Origin: a virus | Virus record (IMG/VR): IMGVR_UViG_3300021961_000021 | Strand: one strand, 5' to 3' | DNA length: 64,000 bases | Part shown: piece by piece, positions 15,001-22,000 of the stretch | Position numbering within the stretch: position 1 is the first letter of the stretch | How the letters are laid out: each line of letters starts with the position of its first letter | Position numbers and translations under genes: made by a program | The notes under the pieces: generated by a model | The model's database searches: none | The model's input: the letters and a program-made list of their open reading frames with translations, nothing else | Told to the model about the DNA's origin: nothing

Positions 15001-15296
15001 ATTTTGATAGTTCCATCCTTGGGAAGGAAATAATCAACGTTTTCGGCAACAATATTGGTATCTATCGGAGATACTCTCGTGAGAACCACCGATTCGGAAG
15101 AAATGAAGTTCGGATCATATTCATCGGAACTAATATCCGTGTAACCAAGGATATTGTTAAGAATATCATATGGTTTACCAGATTTTTCTTGGGATTTGTA
15201 GTATTGAACTAGCAAATCCACAAAAGACTGATCTTCTTCTTTGATAAACGCAGGAATCTGATCCTGAAGTCTTTGGGATACTTTAATTGCCTTCAT
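1..15296 (-). CDS. gp7: Giant baseplate wedge initiator gp7-like / fibre-like structural protein, >5,098 aa, 3' end outside window
   Basis: ATG at 15296 reads MKAIKVSQRLQDQIPAFIKEEDQSFVDLLVQYYKSQEK, a gp7-type N-terminus, directly downstream of gp6. The same frame is open at 1-60 (GNNRVWYATEFYITNANAI). The ORF track lists no stop-terminated ORF from this ATG, implying no in-frame stop in the window. Contains many xxxGxGYxxxP repeats and two LamG-like segments (EWTVESWVK near 8.4 kb; DYTVEAWIRP near 2.2 kb). Confidence 0.85.
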   Translation of the reverse strand, partial: MKAIKVSQRLQDQIPAFIKEEDQSFVDLLVQYYKSQEKSGKPYDILNNILGYTDISSDEYDPNFISSESVVLTRVSPIDTNIVAENVDYFLPKDGTIKIDDEIIFYESITQSPKIVFTPGVNLLEFNKKIQELESIVPYINGSRTLFDLKLLGVPISPSSAEYVRVIINGIQYEPYEHYVIEGSTIRFFTPPVIPPGVTKPSRIDYLIGYTSVPVRKLDDIEITSANEGQNIYALTLNTASYTPLSTVSCLVALNGVEQTPFEDYTVYENVIIFKKDLSLNDLVTIRAVELIAPEFGKDAVAVSKIEDGKLVDIVVKDYGSNYRINFTPKVTVLSPDGTEGKYGTASALVNGIKDLKIINGGQGYTSLNPPVVVFDEPEDPSGVVASAFVTIDDVTGQVSDITVTSSGSGYETIPSVSFRNPAGAKITNAEINETGSIVDGSIVVLEGGADYTTAPTVYIDPPSDPSAISASAEAVITDGRVTAINIISPGRGYTTAPRCRIIDPIGAQILDVQVSGGKLINIELLTGGRGYTDPPSVYIVDNRKDLLGNPIGGTGATAVATIFNGEITDINITAFGDGYSTTEPPTVFIASPLAAAAACTTGFGEITGFTIHNQGEGYLASQFINCKRAVSATSEFDINGNQVYTLEENSIQSSHEIGSKIENLDSLFAKELYSRFVSQFLPSAPIDYTKVNAPQIIKTIKDFYASKGTKTATEYLFKVLFSEDIEVAYPKDELIKPSAATWSVNTIIRVQLLEGSPSDLNDGVLVQYADAVDTSVKDASCLIENTIAINTGDQVIYELSISEETLQGHFTIPYKTTLVEPIGTKDSIITVDSTIGWPERNGLIILGDEEYVQYKEKSLNQFIECTRSKNGVVEDWDAGTNIESDIFCYVNKGTTKEVKLRVLGIAEANGTILTDTGSYYLAGDKLSVAALGSSTVDNRVTSWLYNVKKLIQVVSIEPGGLNNQTATVYTDNNHGLLVGDSVTIYGANPTVFNGTFLVTSRISNTVFSYEIAASAENPPQGNILMSVDLNKGKSDVESINSTIKDFTTNVQNTFFNNDYAYVATTGIPNYKVGPFVGSALIPGNQRKLIRFPRNIETVSRREDITAGPIGAWVNGVAAWSYKSEKTVQYGGITGITINNPGKGYDAAVIPNIEITGGGGSGAQAKVVVNGSLYEIEVTNGGTGYTSSPLISIVGGGGFGATATAVITNGRVSKILVGSPGQEYTSQPTISISGGGGVGATATASVRGPIKSISITNTGSNYTSSPSVILNSGTGAVAQPIIINGRIVSIAIIASGSGYTTPPRVVINGSGYGAVAKATIGTFGEDKGKVLSITVENRGIGYTTGTTTIRLEAIGELADFTANVFKWTRNLENELTGLLDKSRGYVFAGYNTQYGGEYAHVSDPKQLRYVLGDNVYLEQQTGNLKELTSGLRHSPIIGWAYDGNPIYGPYGYIDATNQSSGVKRMVSSYRIKPNLIYDAATNPIPERFDGPPLSEYPAESFIDDYEYVFQKGDLDQYNGRFCKTPEYPNGIYAYFVAIDASENGLPVFPFICGPQLYSTPDKWNFSQNAVQTNIPKDVVRFRDPYQEVDIDIERQPNQSTDSLTTEFGEDLIFEIEDNNKDGLITEDEIIDPVSILEEPVLQLFDYYPRVSLRSQVDIEIQTTTKFEDAQISGFVVENPGISYKVNDKLYFDNEGTGGYGVSAKVSAVKGIDVLGYSSEVVNDIPYGIITTDGEHDLREGDEIIVNSIPIIDQTNKTFRVKVVSGVENVTIDQEGLGYSEDIPPSYEIISSSGKDFKLNIIREESGAIKNVNIINSGSGYSVSNPPEIRVSHPQRFKKASYALAYLQEQASITVINDIAIAEDRTFYIVGQSSEEDGDTAGVIAKFNSDGRLLWTRTMLPLQPATAAKSCIFNRIYVQNTNPHSIYVFGETRPNLTNPNHNPDLVIAKFESGFDGFNNPTAVIKWQREIAGISGSTRRDYASAVTLDQDGQIYIGGWTDTNSPSPDDMWICLLDLDGSVKEKRKICSASGSEKMTDMVFTSDNTVLFAGIDDPDGLGNIVVGETYYDTATIEVQWSRKFGNAAYRFSDVRIAVDDYDSLYVTATATTISTGITAGVMYMKFAKDNYMTPSVTKLIVPNASFQEIRSVGLKYDIFGNIDVAAYVRYAYNDNQSVMFKISWNTNQIITAASLDQVNGIGFKAKSVTNDNSGDTIIAGDKVESEQLAIFNFEVSSVFDGTYNKDLVPAWSASESISTTEYKYGSQSVELTAANSLNLNWQSDVASEWTVESWVKMKSAQYTAQSSNLILTSVIPTSGSTVTVEIDGQSASGNFGKIVLKIGANTYYSTTTNNWTKFNNQNWVHFALVKETPGVGTYTYTVYINGIEELQITSTQVDTQLKQAYLFGASTPASSTSLSGWVDNISVSGFAKYTEDFTPGEAIGTNKVVGAFVFKLDQGQTKLGTYQLDDVETGLEIEVASAVSNFGFNTLPMTSSNWVLGAAGLQILDYGDVVANNVEGSYSFISNEQVYETRTATIPTPLGKKLLLSTVVIPKYYFRDALYTSIDNVKTLTFNQSATFTKGATLQQYQTIGGQDVVNAYGVITSVGSNYVTLGKIIGNFDQTKKVKSTTNDINDISFVFTESDILPEWKTNYSYTTGDVVYNAGKVYTATSTGVSGGIEPVHVTGTVSDGNVNWAFTSVHGSFDIDLVNSPYSTGTLAEFSSWKEFSPEDYIIKIDAIYPGSIFIKGDTIDAEAVGVSLTVDNTGKIATFSGLVGVKTFTMTAKLAKDIIPSGNLTPTDIVYCQSSKPHNFELDEIIFVEGFATQEYNGSFFIEEVFTKREFTFRLRDVASADPVFNSQSIGSVNIYAKHPKLLFVRGHQYIFDLDDTSNFGYFISFSKDNQYKLEYPFINVAREGIPGLTDQTSPKPLVKFIVDESVTNISYYFDPSRTDDSVSPVSKSSFIDVIETPYKGTFTISEVTGPSSFKFRLHSEPESSNAPIGVTETGVDRASYSTTSTKAIGPIASIKLVNPGGFYQKLPIVSDIASNREIEKIRILSGGTEYVNGVYYNVPILGDGEGASCNVTVADDGELLGTITKVELTSAGKGYTFASVDIDSIPGILGPLLAGSGGVLEIVIPNEGSGASVFLQGRSIGKIKKLKNNEFGFGYSHDYTLKPEITFPVNLQLFNTAILAQIKVTDPGSGYTSTPRVVIEGGGGIGAEAEAIVKNNRLSDIIIKNPGSGYSSEPTVTLKSEFNYVVNIDLGYLQFNFPHGITTGAEIQLRAEDLGSTVGVLPKPSSAGLVSLNENQIYYAIAGAENSLEGDQLRIALTKVDAESGNFITFLTQGDGRQIILTEVFGGKAEAIVETSRFLKGELVYQGSTLETATATGYVSTNDGWQIGPRILKLENYSGEFIEGERVTGQISRAAGTIDNQSIARGTLNIDSLTTSTGQFIDDVGKPSEIVQKIQDSYFYQNFSYVIKSKTPINQWRTSILETNHPVGFNMFGELSLTGGKDISGRKVISDLVKEVNISSFTNTNQITSFANTQPIYTEFNNTEVLFRQKRLTNSEEILTSIVKKLDNFSADFDGIRTQFPLTVEGESITATDDQLLVLLNGIAQAPSVSFTTSGPSIVFSEPPRAPSRIKFRDITFAQIQITRFTFSTTSGIFPTSGKIVRSLQTEGTAVVIDSGVDSIDVVNIAGSFNINDNILSSATGFDGVLSSVEPLTSKTIFEQGETIANLNGKFAVLEGINLEDGIVTNTLVASRTSGTAKYETGEFEIKFNDIIYSARSKIAARVVAVSPYFDETSNQIIDTVDLSPASSFFGLVFQRVPSITYPNEVLDDISQTVINPTELYSQVANNQDFLDFEEVRNQEIRYTVLAGGNFQAGDKIRNKKIYFNNSSLRTVIDTRSYDAANLLRKNARFIAEEAVGIMKDYYPAFSVPSVNGDRDCEDDIVDIINVIAYQLEYDGNSEVWDAAATYVQGNAIYHVNGEVPQAVYAMEQARDLMIKCIRNQVHTPLWTDLQQYRDTTILQEYDIVGDRFADARNLILANKWFIAHESLYYAKQQNPSLVVPGGDVNCLSDIVDVLEAMVYNLAHGGNDFMYDATKRYLEGAHVAGYEDDTVNAFTKARDMAIDVMRNIAITKQDNSHGWIQVTDNTITVDPSNPTCQDVASAITSLFSMLITSIGTTAVPGTLAAFTAAYTETAPSTARAGYTDSCISQTSAITNFIRIITDTLEDPTGADPTTYQWSISNLTRVEPPYAFEDGETIRCTKHAYSNKSSGGFFSFGNVVKAITSGATFDVIGSNAGNKWIYSTDVTGTLIPDEYITNSKLTIANASTDSLTYKTNTGSIYFTGSASRIDFPSDGRFDFGTGDYTVEAWIRPSVVTGVQRIIDLRASGSDTAISVFMSGTSLRFGVGAADVIIATSAITTANTWYHIAVSRTSGTTKLFVNGAQVGSDYNDTNDYSDRAIKIGASYTNGEVYTGHIDSLIIRSGIASYSGAFTPPLSYTSSIYDKFVILGDSPFPIEQGAIYANYVATTISETVVDEVELWRQELTAEVVDLAREDYRKSAEVIRNNIDWIAEEAVGRLKDRYPDFVMPGDGAGSYFGTNICLRDTKSYIIPAIIQDLIDGGNYNTTVVGRAYLESSGALKHIAGELLQSTYTWNEVGKLCIDVITLDETDLTGTHTDQIRVPNYFTAPAAQAIQDKITELTELLLSIISPSGNRFYDAADLIYFNRKFIADEAVYYIENKYQVNVGFAIQNKLQIPGGRAKCVRDLRDYILPAIVGDLMTGGNNQVNAALDYYIDGQTNINFVENELLAMIDAIEYAKYLCGKAISNLLIGYNENPADVALDFSNYYQAIWSELDVYRDDTITVDPQAYQVDNRIFDAANLIEANARTIAEEAVDLMTKLSAFEADNFKVPGGKVNCEDDIVAILDQIVHDLRFGGNSKTYDAAGLYLNSDFGLQHIENQSEETLYTFKLARDMTILAMQNRLGFVPYEDASTTGLGVPIPRDDYYNNASDDTYYDAANEIEANLAFIASTAVGRTVSQYPSLNIPGGPSNCIDDIKDYLEELIFNLRHGGNNRVWYATEFYITNANAI

Positions 15297-15320
15297 TTCT
15301 GGTTTTTATCTTCTGTTGAC

Positions 15321-17411
15321 TTAGAAACAAGCGTCAAACTCGGGGTATTCAAACACCGTAGTCGGATAATCAATGATATTTATTTCAGTTCCATCGAAGT
15401 TAATTGGACTGAAATCGAATGGATCGAATACTGGAACTGTTGTCCCATCAATTGTATAATCAATTGCAATTACTTGCGGGTTAAAGATTGATGGATCGAC
15501 TCCAGTACCAATATTGATATTACCTGAAGCTGGAATCACAGTAATGGGAATACGATCTGTTCCATCGGGAGTAGATGCAACATTTACTGGTCCGAGACAA
15601 ACCTGACCGCTCTTGTAATCTACAGTTCCCGCATTTGTCTTGAGGATTACTTCTTTTTCATCAAGTTTGGTGACTAGAATCAGTTTACCTTGACCATCAT
15701 CACGAACATTGACGGCAAGCAACGCAGAAGTGTCATTATCAATGAATGTGCTTGTGCTAAGGACAGCATTACCTGTCAATTGCTGACTTTGAAGTGCAAG
15801 ATCCAGCAGATTTTCGGTATAACCAGTAGAGTAGAAAGTACCACTCTTAACAGATGAGAATTTTGGCGCACAAGTGCCACCAGATCCATCAGATGCATTT
15901 CCACCAGAGACATCACTGGGATTTAGAATCTCATTATTGAAGTCAACACACTTAGTAAAGGTGGATCCAAATGGGAATCCTGTAACATTCATACCAAGTG
16001 TCATTTGAGTGACGTTTCCTGCAATTGCATCAAGAGAATTATCAATCATTGTTTGATATGATGATTGATTGATTCTTCCGTTGAATCTGTTTGCCGAACC
16101 TTGAGTATTGTATTGATCGATAGCACCAAGAACCCTAGATGCTAGTTCATTATTTGATAATGTGGTTTTTGACCCATCAAAGAATACCCAACTCTTTGGA
16201 CGAATGTACAAGTTGATTGGATCAATGATGACTGGTTCAATAGCAGCCATCGAAAATTTCAATAGATCATTCTTAATTTTCTTTTTAGTGGTTTCATTTA
16301 ATGCAGCGCCACTTTGAGTGCGAATTGCAATAAAAACCTTACCATATACAGGTGGATATACCCTTTCACCACCATATGCAACTACAGATCTTGCTTGAGG
16401 ATACACTTTCTTGGTGACATACTCATAATCAGTCTCTGTAACCGCTCTGTTTTGCGCCGCAAATGCCCTTGGAGCGTTATATTTGATGCTGATGACAGAT
16501 TCACCCGCTTCACCGTCTTGAGATGCCTCCACGGTCGCTATAGAGATGTTTGCTGCGGGTATTGTGCGGTTTAGGTTATCGACCACACGACCGATAAAGT
16601 TAAACTTTTTGCACCCGTTAGCATCGGGACCATCAGTTTTTACATACTTGAGACGAATAACCTCGCCAGCGATCAACTGACGGCAAATAACACCATCTCC
16701 AAAAATAATTTTATATCTGAGATCATCGGTTTCTTCTAGGAAGTAACCTCTAGTAGTACCATCGACGTTAACGATGTTCGTTACCAGATTGTAAGTGTCG
16801 ATTTCTTCTGACTGAGCATTAGGTGAAATTGCAACTGTAAGCAAATCAGTATCAATTCCATCCACAGGGACTTCATATCCCCTCTTCTTAACATCACTTA
16901 CGGTATAAGTGTATGAAAGGAGGTTACCTTGATAAATTATAGTTTTGGCAAAATTGGCAATACCAGTAGACTGATCGACACTAACTGTAATATCTTCAGG
17001 TAAAGTGAAGATGTAAGATACGCCGTCAACAGTAGATACGAAAACATCACCAGCATTAATTGTTGCGGATGCTGGGTAAACTGTGCTGCTACCAACATAC
17101 TGAGTTTGAACAGCAAAATTGATGCAAGCCTTCGATGCTTTTACTGACCTGGGAGTATAATTAAGTTGCTTTGCAATCTTGACTACATTATCACGAATAG
17201 TCGCAGATTCAAGAAACGCCTCATTCATTGCCATATTGGCATTAAATGCAGCATAATATGTGTTATACGCCAAAACATCTAGCAGGTATGAAGCTGCCGA
17301 TCCTTCAAAGTCATAATCTGTGAACTCATTTCTAGTTCTTAGATATGATTTGATAGAATCTTTAATCTCCGTAAAATCGAGAGACGTTAAATTGGATGGT
17401 ATTGCTGTCAT
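15321..17411 (-). CDS. gp6: Baseplate wedge subunit gp6
   Basis: N-terminus LTSLDFTEIKDSIKSYLR...FTDYDFEGSAASYLLDVLAYNTYY and QNRAVTETDY are gp6 family motifs; synteny gp25-gp6-gp7. Confidence 0.95.
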   Translation of the reverse strand: MTAIPSNLTSLDFTEIKDSIKSYLRTRNEFTDYDFEGSAASYLLDVLAYNTYYAAFNANMAMNEAFLESATIRDNVVKIAKQLNYTPRSVKASKACINFAVQTQYVGSSTVYPASATINAGDVFVSTVDGVSYIFTLPEDITVSVDQSTGIANFAKTIIYQGNLLSYTYTVSDVKKRGYEVPVDGIDTDLLTVAISPNAQSEEIDTYNLVTNIVNVDGTTRGYFLEETDDLRYKIIFGDGVICRQLIAGEVIRLKYVKTDGPDANGCKKFNFIGRVVDNLNRTIPAANISIATVEASQDGEAGESVISIKYNAPRAFAAQNRAVTETDYEYVTKKVYPQARSVVAYGGERVYPPVYGKVFIAIRTQSGAALNETTKKKIKNDLLKFSMAAIEPVIIDPINLYIRPKSWVFFDGSKTTLSNNELASRVLGAIDQYNTQGSANRFNGRINQSSYQTMIDNSLDAIAGNVTQMTLGMNVTGFPFGSTFTKCVDFNNEILNPSDVSGGNASDGSGGTCAPKFSSVKSGTFYSTGYTENLLDLALQSQQLTGNAVLSTSTFIDNDTSALLAVNVRDDGQGKLILVTKLDEKEVILKTNAGTVDYKSGQVCLGPVNVASTPDGTDRIPITVIPASGNINIGTGVDPSIFNPQVIAIDYTIDGTTVPVFDPFDFSPINFDGTEINIIDYPTTVFEYPEFDACF

Positions 17412-17414
17412 TGA

Positions 17415-17828
17415 TTAAGCCTTCTCTAGGAGAAAATCGATGGTTTGTACTAATGTTTCACCAACAATCGTATAATCAATCTCAATATGTAGTTGGGTAT
17501 CATCTACATTATCGGGATATAATCTAACAGCATTAAGTCTCACTCTTGGTTCTAATCTTGAAACCACGTTAATGATTTCTTCTTTGATATCCTCACCAAC
17601 AAAAACATCAAATGGTTCAAAAAGCATTTGTCTCAAACGAGATCCATTTCTGGGAGCAAATACTCTTTCATTGTATCCAGTTAGGACTAGATTGCGAATC
17701 GATTGTTTGATCGAGTTCTCATTTTTAACTACAGAAAAATCTTCAGTATTGGGATTTGATTTAAACCCAATACTGAAGTCTCTGAAAGCTCTACTGAGAG
17801 CCCTATCTGCTTTAAAGCGATATGCCAT
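17415..17828 (-). CDS. gp25: Baseplate wedge subunit gp25
   Basis: DFSIGFKSNP...VKNENSIKQSIRNLVLT...ER.F.P..GS...LFEP...EPRV is the GPW/gp25 pattern; immediately upstream of gp6. Confidence 0.93.
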   Translation of the reverse strand: MAYRFKADRALSRAFRDFSIGFKSNPNTEDFSVVKNENSIKQSIRNLVLTGYNERVFAPRNGSRLRQMLFEPFDVFVGEDIKEEIINVVSRLEPRVRLNAVRLYPDNVDDTQLHIEIDYTIVGETLVQTIDFLLEKA

Positions 17829-17836
17829 TTAAATGA

Positions 17837-18037
17837 TTAATGCCATCGTTCAACATAATCATCAAAACCATTCTTGCCCCCACACCATTTTGAAAATCGA
17901 TCACCTGGGGGATTTGACGGTTTTACTGATGTCTGTTTTAGATATTTATCTGCTCGGGGATCAGTAATTAACACAGTAGTCCCAAATTGGTCTTTCATCA
18001 TTTCAGGTACATTATCAGGTACTGGGTGGGTAGCCAT
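17837..18037 (-). CDS. Small hypothetical protein
   Basis: 66-aa ORF between a late promoter and gp25. Confidence 0.7.
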   Translation of the reverse strand: MATHPVPDNVPEMMKDQFGTTVLITDPRADKYLKQTSVKPSNPPGDRFSKWCGGKNGFDDYVERWH

Positions 18038-18098
18038 TTCTGTCGCTCCATTAAAATTAGATTGACAGAACTTTTAAAGTGGTTGCTATCACTAAAAT

Positions 18099-18106
18099 TA
18101 TTTATG
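18099..18106 (-). promoter_or_regulatory. T4-type late promoter (CATAAATA)
   Basis: NATAAATA on the minus strand upstream of the 17837-18037/gp25/gp6/gp7 run. Confidence 0.6.
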
Positions 18107-18305
18107 AATAATCAGGTGGATTATACTTGATGAACTCAGCAAATGTCATTTTCATTTCTTTTTGTGTCATACCACAATGAGATGCAGCAGCTGGAAGATT
18201 CATAGAAGCACGATAAAGAGCAACGTTTGCCTCATTCACATTTTGTGGTGTAGTCTTCACTTTTTGCACTACCAATTTGGCGTGATCAATTTTAAGAAGT
18301 CCCAT
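18102..18305 (-). CDS. Hypothetical protein, possible helix-turn-helix
   Basis: 67-aa ORF (MNLPAAASHCGMTQKEMK), ATGA-coupled to the upstream ORF. Confidence 0.7.
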   Translation of the reverse strand: MGLLKIDHAKLVVQKVKTTPQNVNEANVALYRASMNLPAAASHCGMTQKEMKMTFAEFIKYNPPDYS

Positions 18306-18454
18306 CAGGTGCCTTGACCACGATAACGCTTTTTACGACCATTACGGGAACTGGAACCAAGATGCGTATTTTGAGACCGTCCTTGACGAGTTTTCTTGGG
18401 TTTTCCAGGAGTATAACCAGATTTAACGAGACCGACTTTTGCTTTTGCTGCCAT
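18305..18454 (-). CDS. Small basic protein, 49 aa (not in ORF track)
   Basis: Hand-translated MAAKAKVGLVKSGYTPGKPKKTRQGRSQNTHLGSSSRNGRKKRYRGQGT; its stop overlaps the next ATG. Confidence 0.75.
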   Translation of the reverse strand: MAAKAKVGLVKSGYTPGKPKKTRQGRSQNTHLGSSSRNGRKKRYRGQGT

Positions 18455-18493
18455 ACTTAGTAGAGGTGAACAACAGTTGAATTATACCACAGA

Positions 18494-19030
18494 TCATCCA
18501 GCAAGGACTGTTGGTGACCCATAACAAACAACAGATCTGCAGGGCCAAGATTTAAACGATTTTCCAACCCCAAGAGGATCTAGAATCCTACCAATTGGTA
18601 ATTTCAGAGCATATACCGTTTTTGTAGTTGCCTGTAAAGTTCTAACGTGCCCAATACCTCCCATATCTTCTATGGTCAGTTTACCGCAAGGAATTGGTGT
18701 TGGTTTCGGGCAAACATTTGGTCCACAAGGACACATATAGACAACAATGTTTGTAGTTGTAGTCTTGTGTGGAGTAAACGTATCCCCCATTAACATAATG
18801 GGAACACCATTTACCAAAACAGTTGCCCTAATAGGGTTCAACGCTGTTAAAGGTATTAGTGCTTGTGGACCCCACCAACAAGTTTTGTCCTTAACTTTAA
18901 TAGGTTTTGGTACTGGAGGTGTACTGCACGGATGACTTACGTGATGCTCTGCCAAAGGTATAGGAATACCGTGTCCACTACACGGAGTACCGTTGTGAAT
19001 TGCTACTGGTTTTAGTATGCCTAGCGCCAT
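18494..19030 (-). CDS. PAAR-like tail spike tip protein (gp5.4-like)
   Basis: Cys/His/Pro-rich with CSGH, TVLVNGVPI...GD.FTPH, GH...TV....PIGRI.DPL and terminal GSPTVLAG, typical of PAAR proteins. Confidence 0.8.
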   Translation of the reverse strand: MALGILKPVAIHNGTPCSGHGIPIPLAEHHVSHPCSTPPVPKPIKVKDKTCWWGPQALIPLTALNPIRATVLVNGVPIMLMGDTFTPHKTTTTNIVVYMCPCGPNVCPKPTPIPCGKLTIEDMGGIGHVRTLQATTKTVYALKLPIGRILDPLGVGKSFKSWPCRSVVCYGSPTVLAG

Positions 19031-19031
19031 A

Positions 19032-22000
19032 TTAGTATGTTAAATCGCATTCATCGAAATAAGGATTGCCATAATTATTCAGAGAATCATCAAGCAACAT
19101 TGCAGAAGCTGTAGACCAATTTCTATATGTGAAAGTACCTTCATATGCGCCCAATTCTATATAGTTGTCGTCATTGATTAATCCTGGATCTATTGCAATT
19201 GCAGCGTGAATAACTTCATCCAAAGCAGCACAACCCACAAATGGTGATCCAGTACAAATATCATCTGACGTAATCTTATTTCCATTACAATCATAACCAG
19301 CACTAACTTGCAAGACCCCATCGGTCACAAAATTATGCCAGCAAGGATTTGGAAATTTTCCGCCGCTGCAAGTCTTCAATTTGATTGTATTGTAAGGTAG
19401 TTCACCATTTGTCGTTGCACCACCATAAGTGATGCCAGTTGGTTGACCCTGAGCATCGACCTGAGTCTGAGTGAAGAATGTTCCAACATAAGTGTTGTAA
19501 TTATTAGGACCAATCCAAGTTTCTAGTTGTTCCAACTCACTCATATTATTGAGACCATAATCAAACGTGTTTTCATCCCCACCAATGGGAATGAATGCGT
19601 ATTGACCAGGACCAGTCTTATAGCATTTGCCCTGTTGATCTCCTCGTTTACATTTATGAGTCTTTTTCTTTCTCCCAGTACCAGGATCCGTGACCTTTCT
19701 TGGTTTTGTTACTGCAGGAGCGGGCAAAGATTTGAGGAAATTCATAAATGCAGTGTTTACACTAGCTCCAGCACCACTAACATCACCTTCAATTGACATA
19801 CTTACACGCAATTGAATCTTTTCTTTCTTTGATGCACAGTATTTAAATGGCAAATATCCGTAAACTGTCTCCTGCCCATCCGCATCATATGACACATATG
19901 GGCAAGGAATGTCAAAAAATCTCCTCACACTGTATAAATTTGCTTGTTGTATCTCAATACATCCTCCATTATAGATTCCTGCCATTCCAGATGACATATA
20001 TCTGTCAAAAGTACGCGCATTTGGAGAAGATGAGTTCCAAAAATTGTCCAAAATGTTATTATTTTCGTTCCAATTTGGGTTTCCGAGCGTCAAATTCTTA
20101 AATAGTTGCTCACGATCCCAGTATTGTGCCCAATCTGCAAATCCAAGACCCGAATTTGGTTGGAAACAGGTGTTGGGAATGATATCACCACACATTCTTT
20201 GCTTATCATCTGCCTTAATATCCGTCATTGTGATGTAACCACGGATAATATCAGTGTTAATGTCGTGGTCAAACTCCGTAGTAGCGTCCTTCATATCATT
20301 TTTGTTGGATTCCAGAATGGAATTCGCATCCTGTGCATTCGTTCCGAACCGCGACAGGTTTGAATCCAACACTTTTTGCCACTCTTTCATACCTTCACCA
20401 ACGAAGGTGTCGGATCTTTGATCACGTTCTCTGTCAACAACTACGATTTTTGGGTTCCAATTTGCAGGATACCCCGCACCTGCGTCCTGAATGATCACAT
20501 CTTGGATGCAACCTTGAGCATCAATGATTGCTTTTAGCTTTGCTTGCTTCAGTTCTCCCGTGAATTTTGACTCGGTAACGTATTTTTGGTTGTGTACATA
20601 CGATGCCGCTTCCTTAAAATTGGCATCATTTACCTTAAAATCGTTCTGATCTTGCAAATTGAGCTGAATCTTAGGTGTAAGATCATCTTCAAAGGTCTCA
20701 TTTACGTTTTTTGCGGTGTCAATGAACCCCTGATCGCGCAAAATGTCTGGCAATTCGATTGCAAGTTGCGGATTTTTATATCCAAGACCAGCATTAATGA
20801 TGTTAACGCTCTTCAACTTACCATTTTTTCCAATTCTACCCTCAATGATTGCAGAATCTAGAGATCTTTCGGGGATCAAAGCGTTCTTATCAATGTTTAC
20901 GCGGTAGTATGAGACCTTTTTAGGGAACTCATACACACCAAAGAACGCTGCTTTGTCCTTAATTCCGTATCCAGCTAGTGCTACAACCTCACCACCGTTT
21001 GCTGAAGTGTATGATTGCTCGTAAACAAACGCATTCCCAAGTCCATTTTGCTGAATTGAGGTGAGTTCCATATACCCACAATCCATATCATCGCCAAAAT
21101 ACCTGCAAGCACTAATTAACCATCCGTTAATCGACTCTCCAACAGCGAAAAATCCACTGCTAGAGGTGTATCTGAAGAACAAAATGCGGTCATCTGTACC
21201 AGCAGTCCAGAATGATTCCTGTGCACCAGGAGATGCATCTGGTACTTCTACGGTAATGTGTGTCTTTTGTGTCCGCCAGGCACTTTGTTTGATCTGATAA
21301 TCGTAAGTATGATACGCCCAGACAGGTACACAAGTATTATTTTGTGTATATGTTGAAGGACAGCACGGTGCAGTAGTTGTAATTAGATTGATTCCGTATA
21401 CAGGACCATTCCAGGGATATGATGTATCATACAAATAATAGACAATTTGCCCCTCAAAAGCATCGTGGAAGTTTAGTGAACGAGGTACTGCTGCCTTTAC
21501 TGCTCCATTCTTACCCCAGAAATGCTCAAAGTATGCATCTGTGCTGAGAATCGTTACGTTATTGATATCCCAACCAGTCGTTCCAGGGGTCTCTCCGTGA
21601 AATCTCCAATAGTCCTGAAGACTGAAGTTGTTCTGAGATCCATACCACCCCCATTGATTATATCCATACCATCCACTACGGTCTACTTCACCCGTACATT
21701 TAATGCTTCCTACATCAATGATGCGCTTCTTGGGACGTGGACCTCTCCCAAGCATTACATATCCAATGATTCCTTGGTATTTGTACTCCTGATTCATAGG
21801 ATCAATCGGAGGTTCAATACCAGACACAATCTCCAGATTGACTTCTTTGCCAGGATCTACAGTGTAAAAATGATCTTTGCCCTTGCCCTCTGCGGTAAAG
21901 TCTGCAATATACTCATACAGGGGTACTGCATTCTCTCCAGACTTCAGAATACCTGAAGCGGTTGCTGCAGCAGCAGATGTGAAAATATACCCAAGACGAT

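Noticed and set aside
480-15491. Many short +/- ORFs across the first 15 kb
   Set aside because: All overlap the single open gp7-like frame; these are alternative-frame artefacts.
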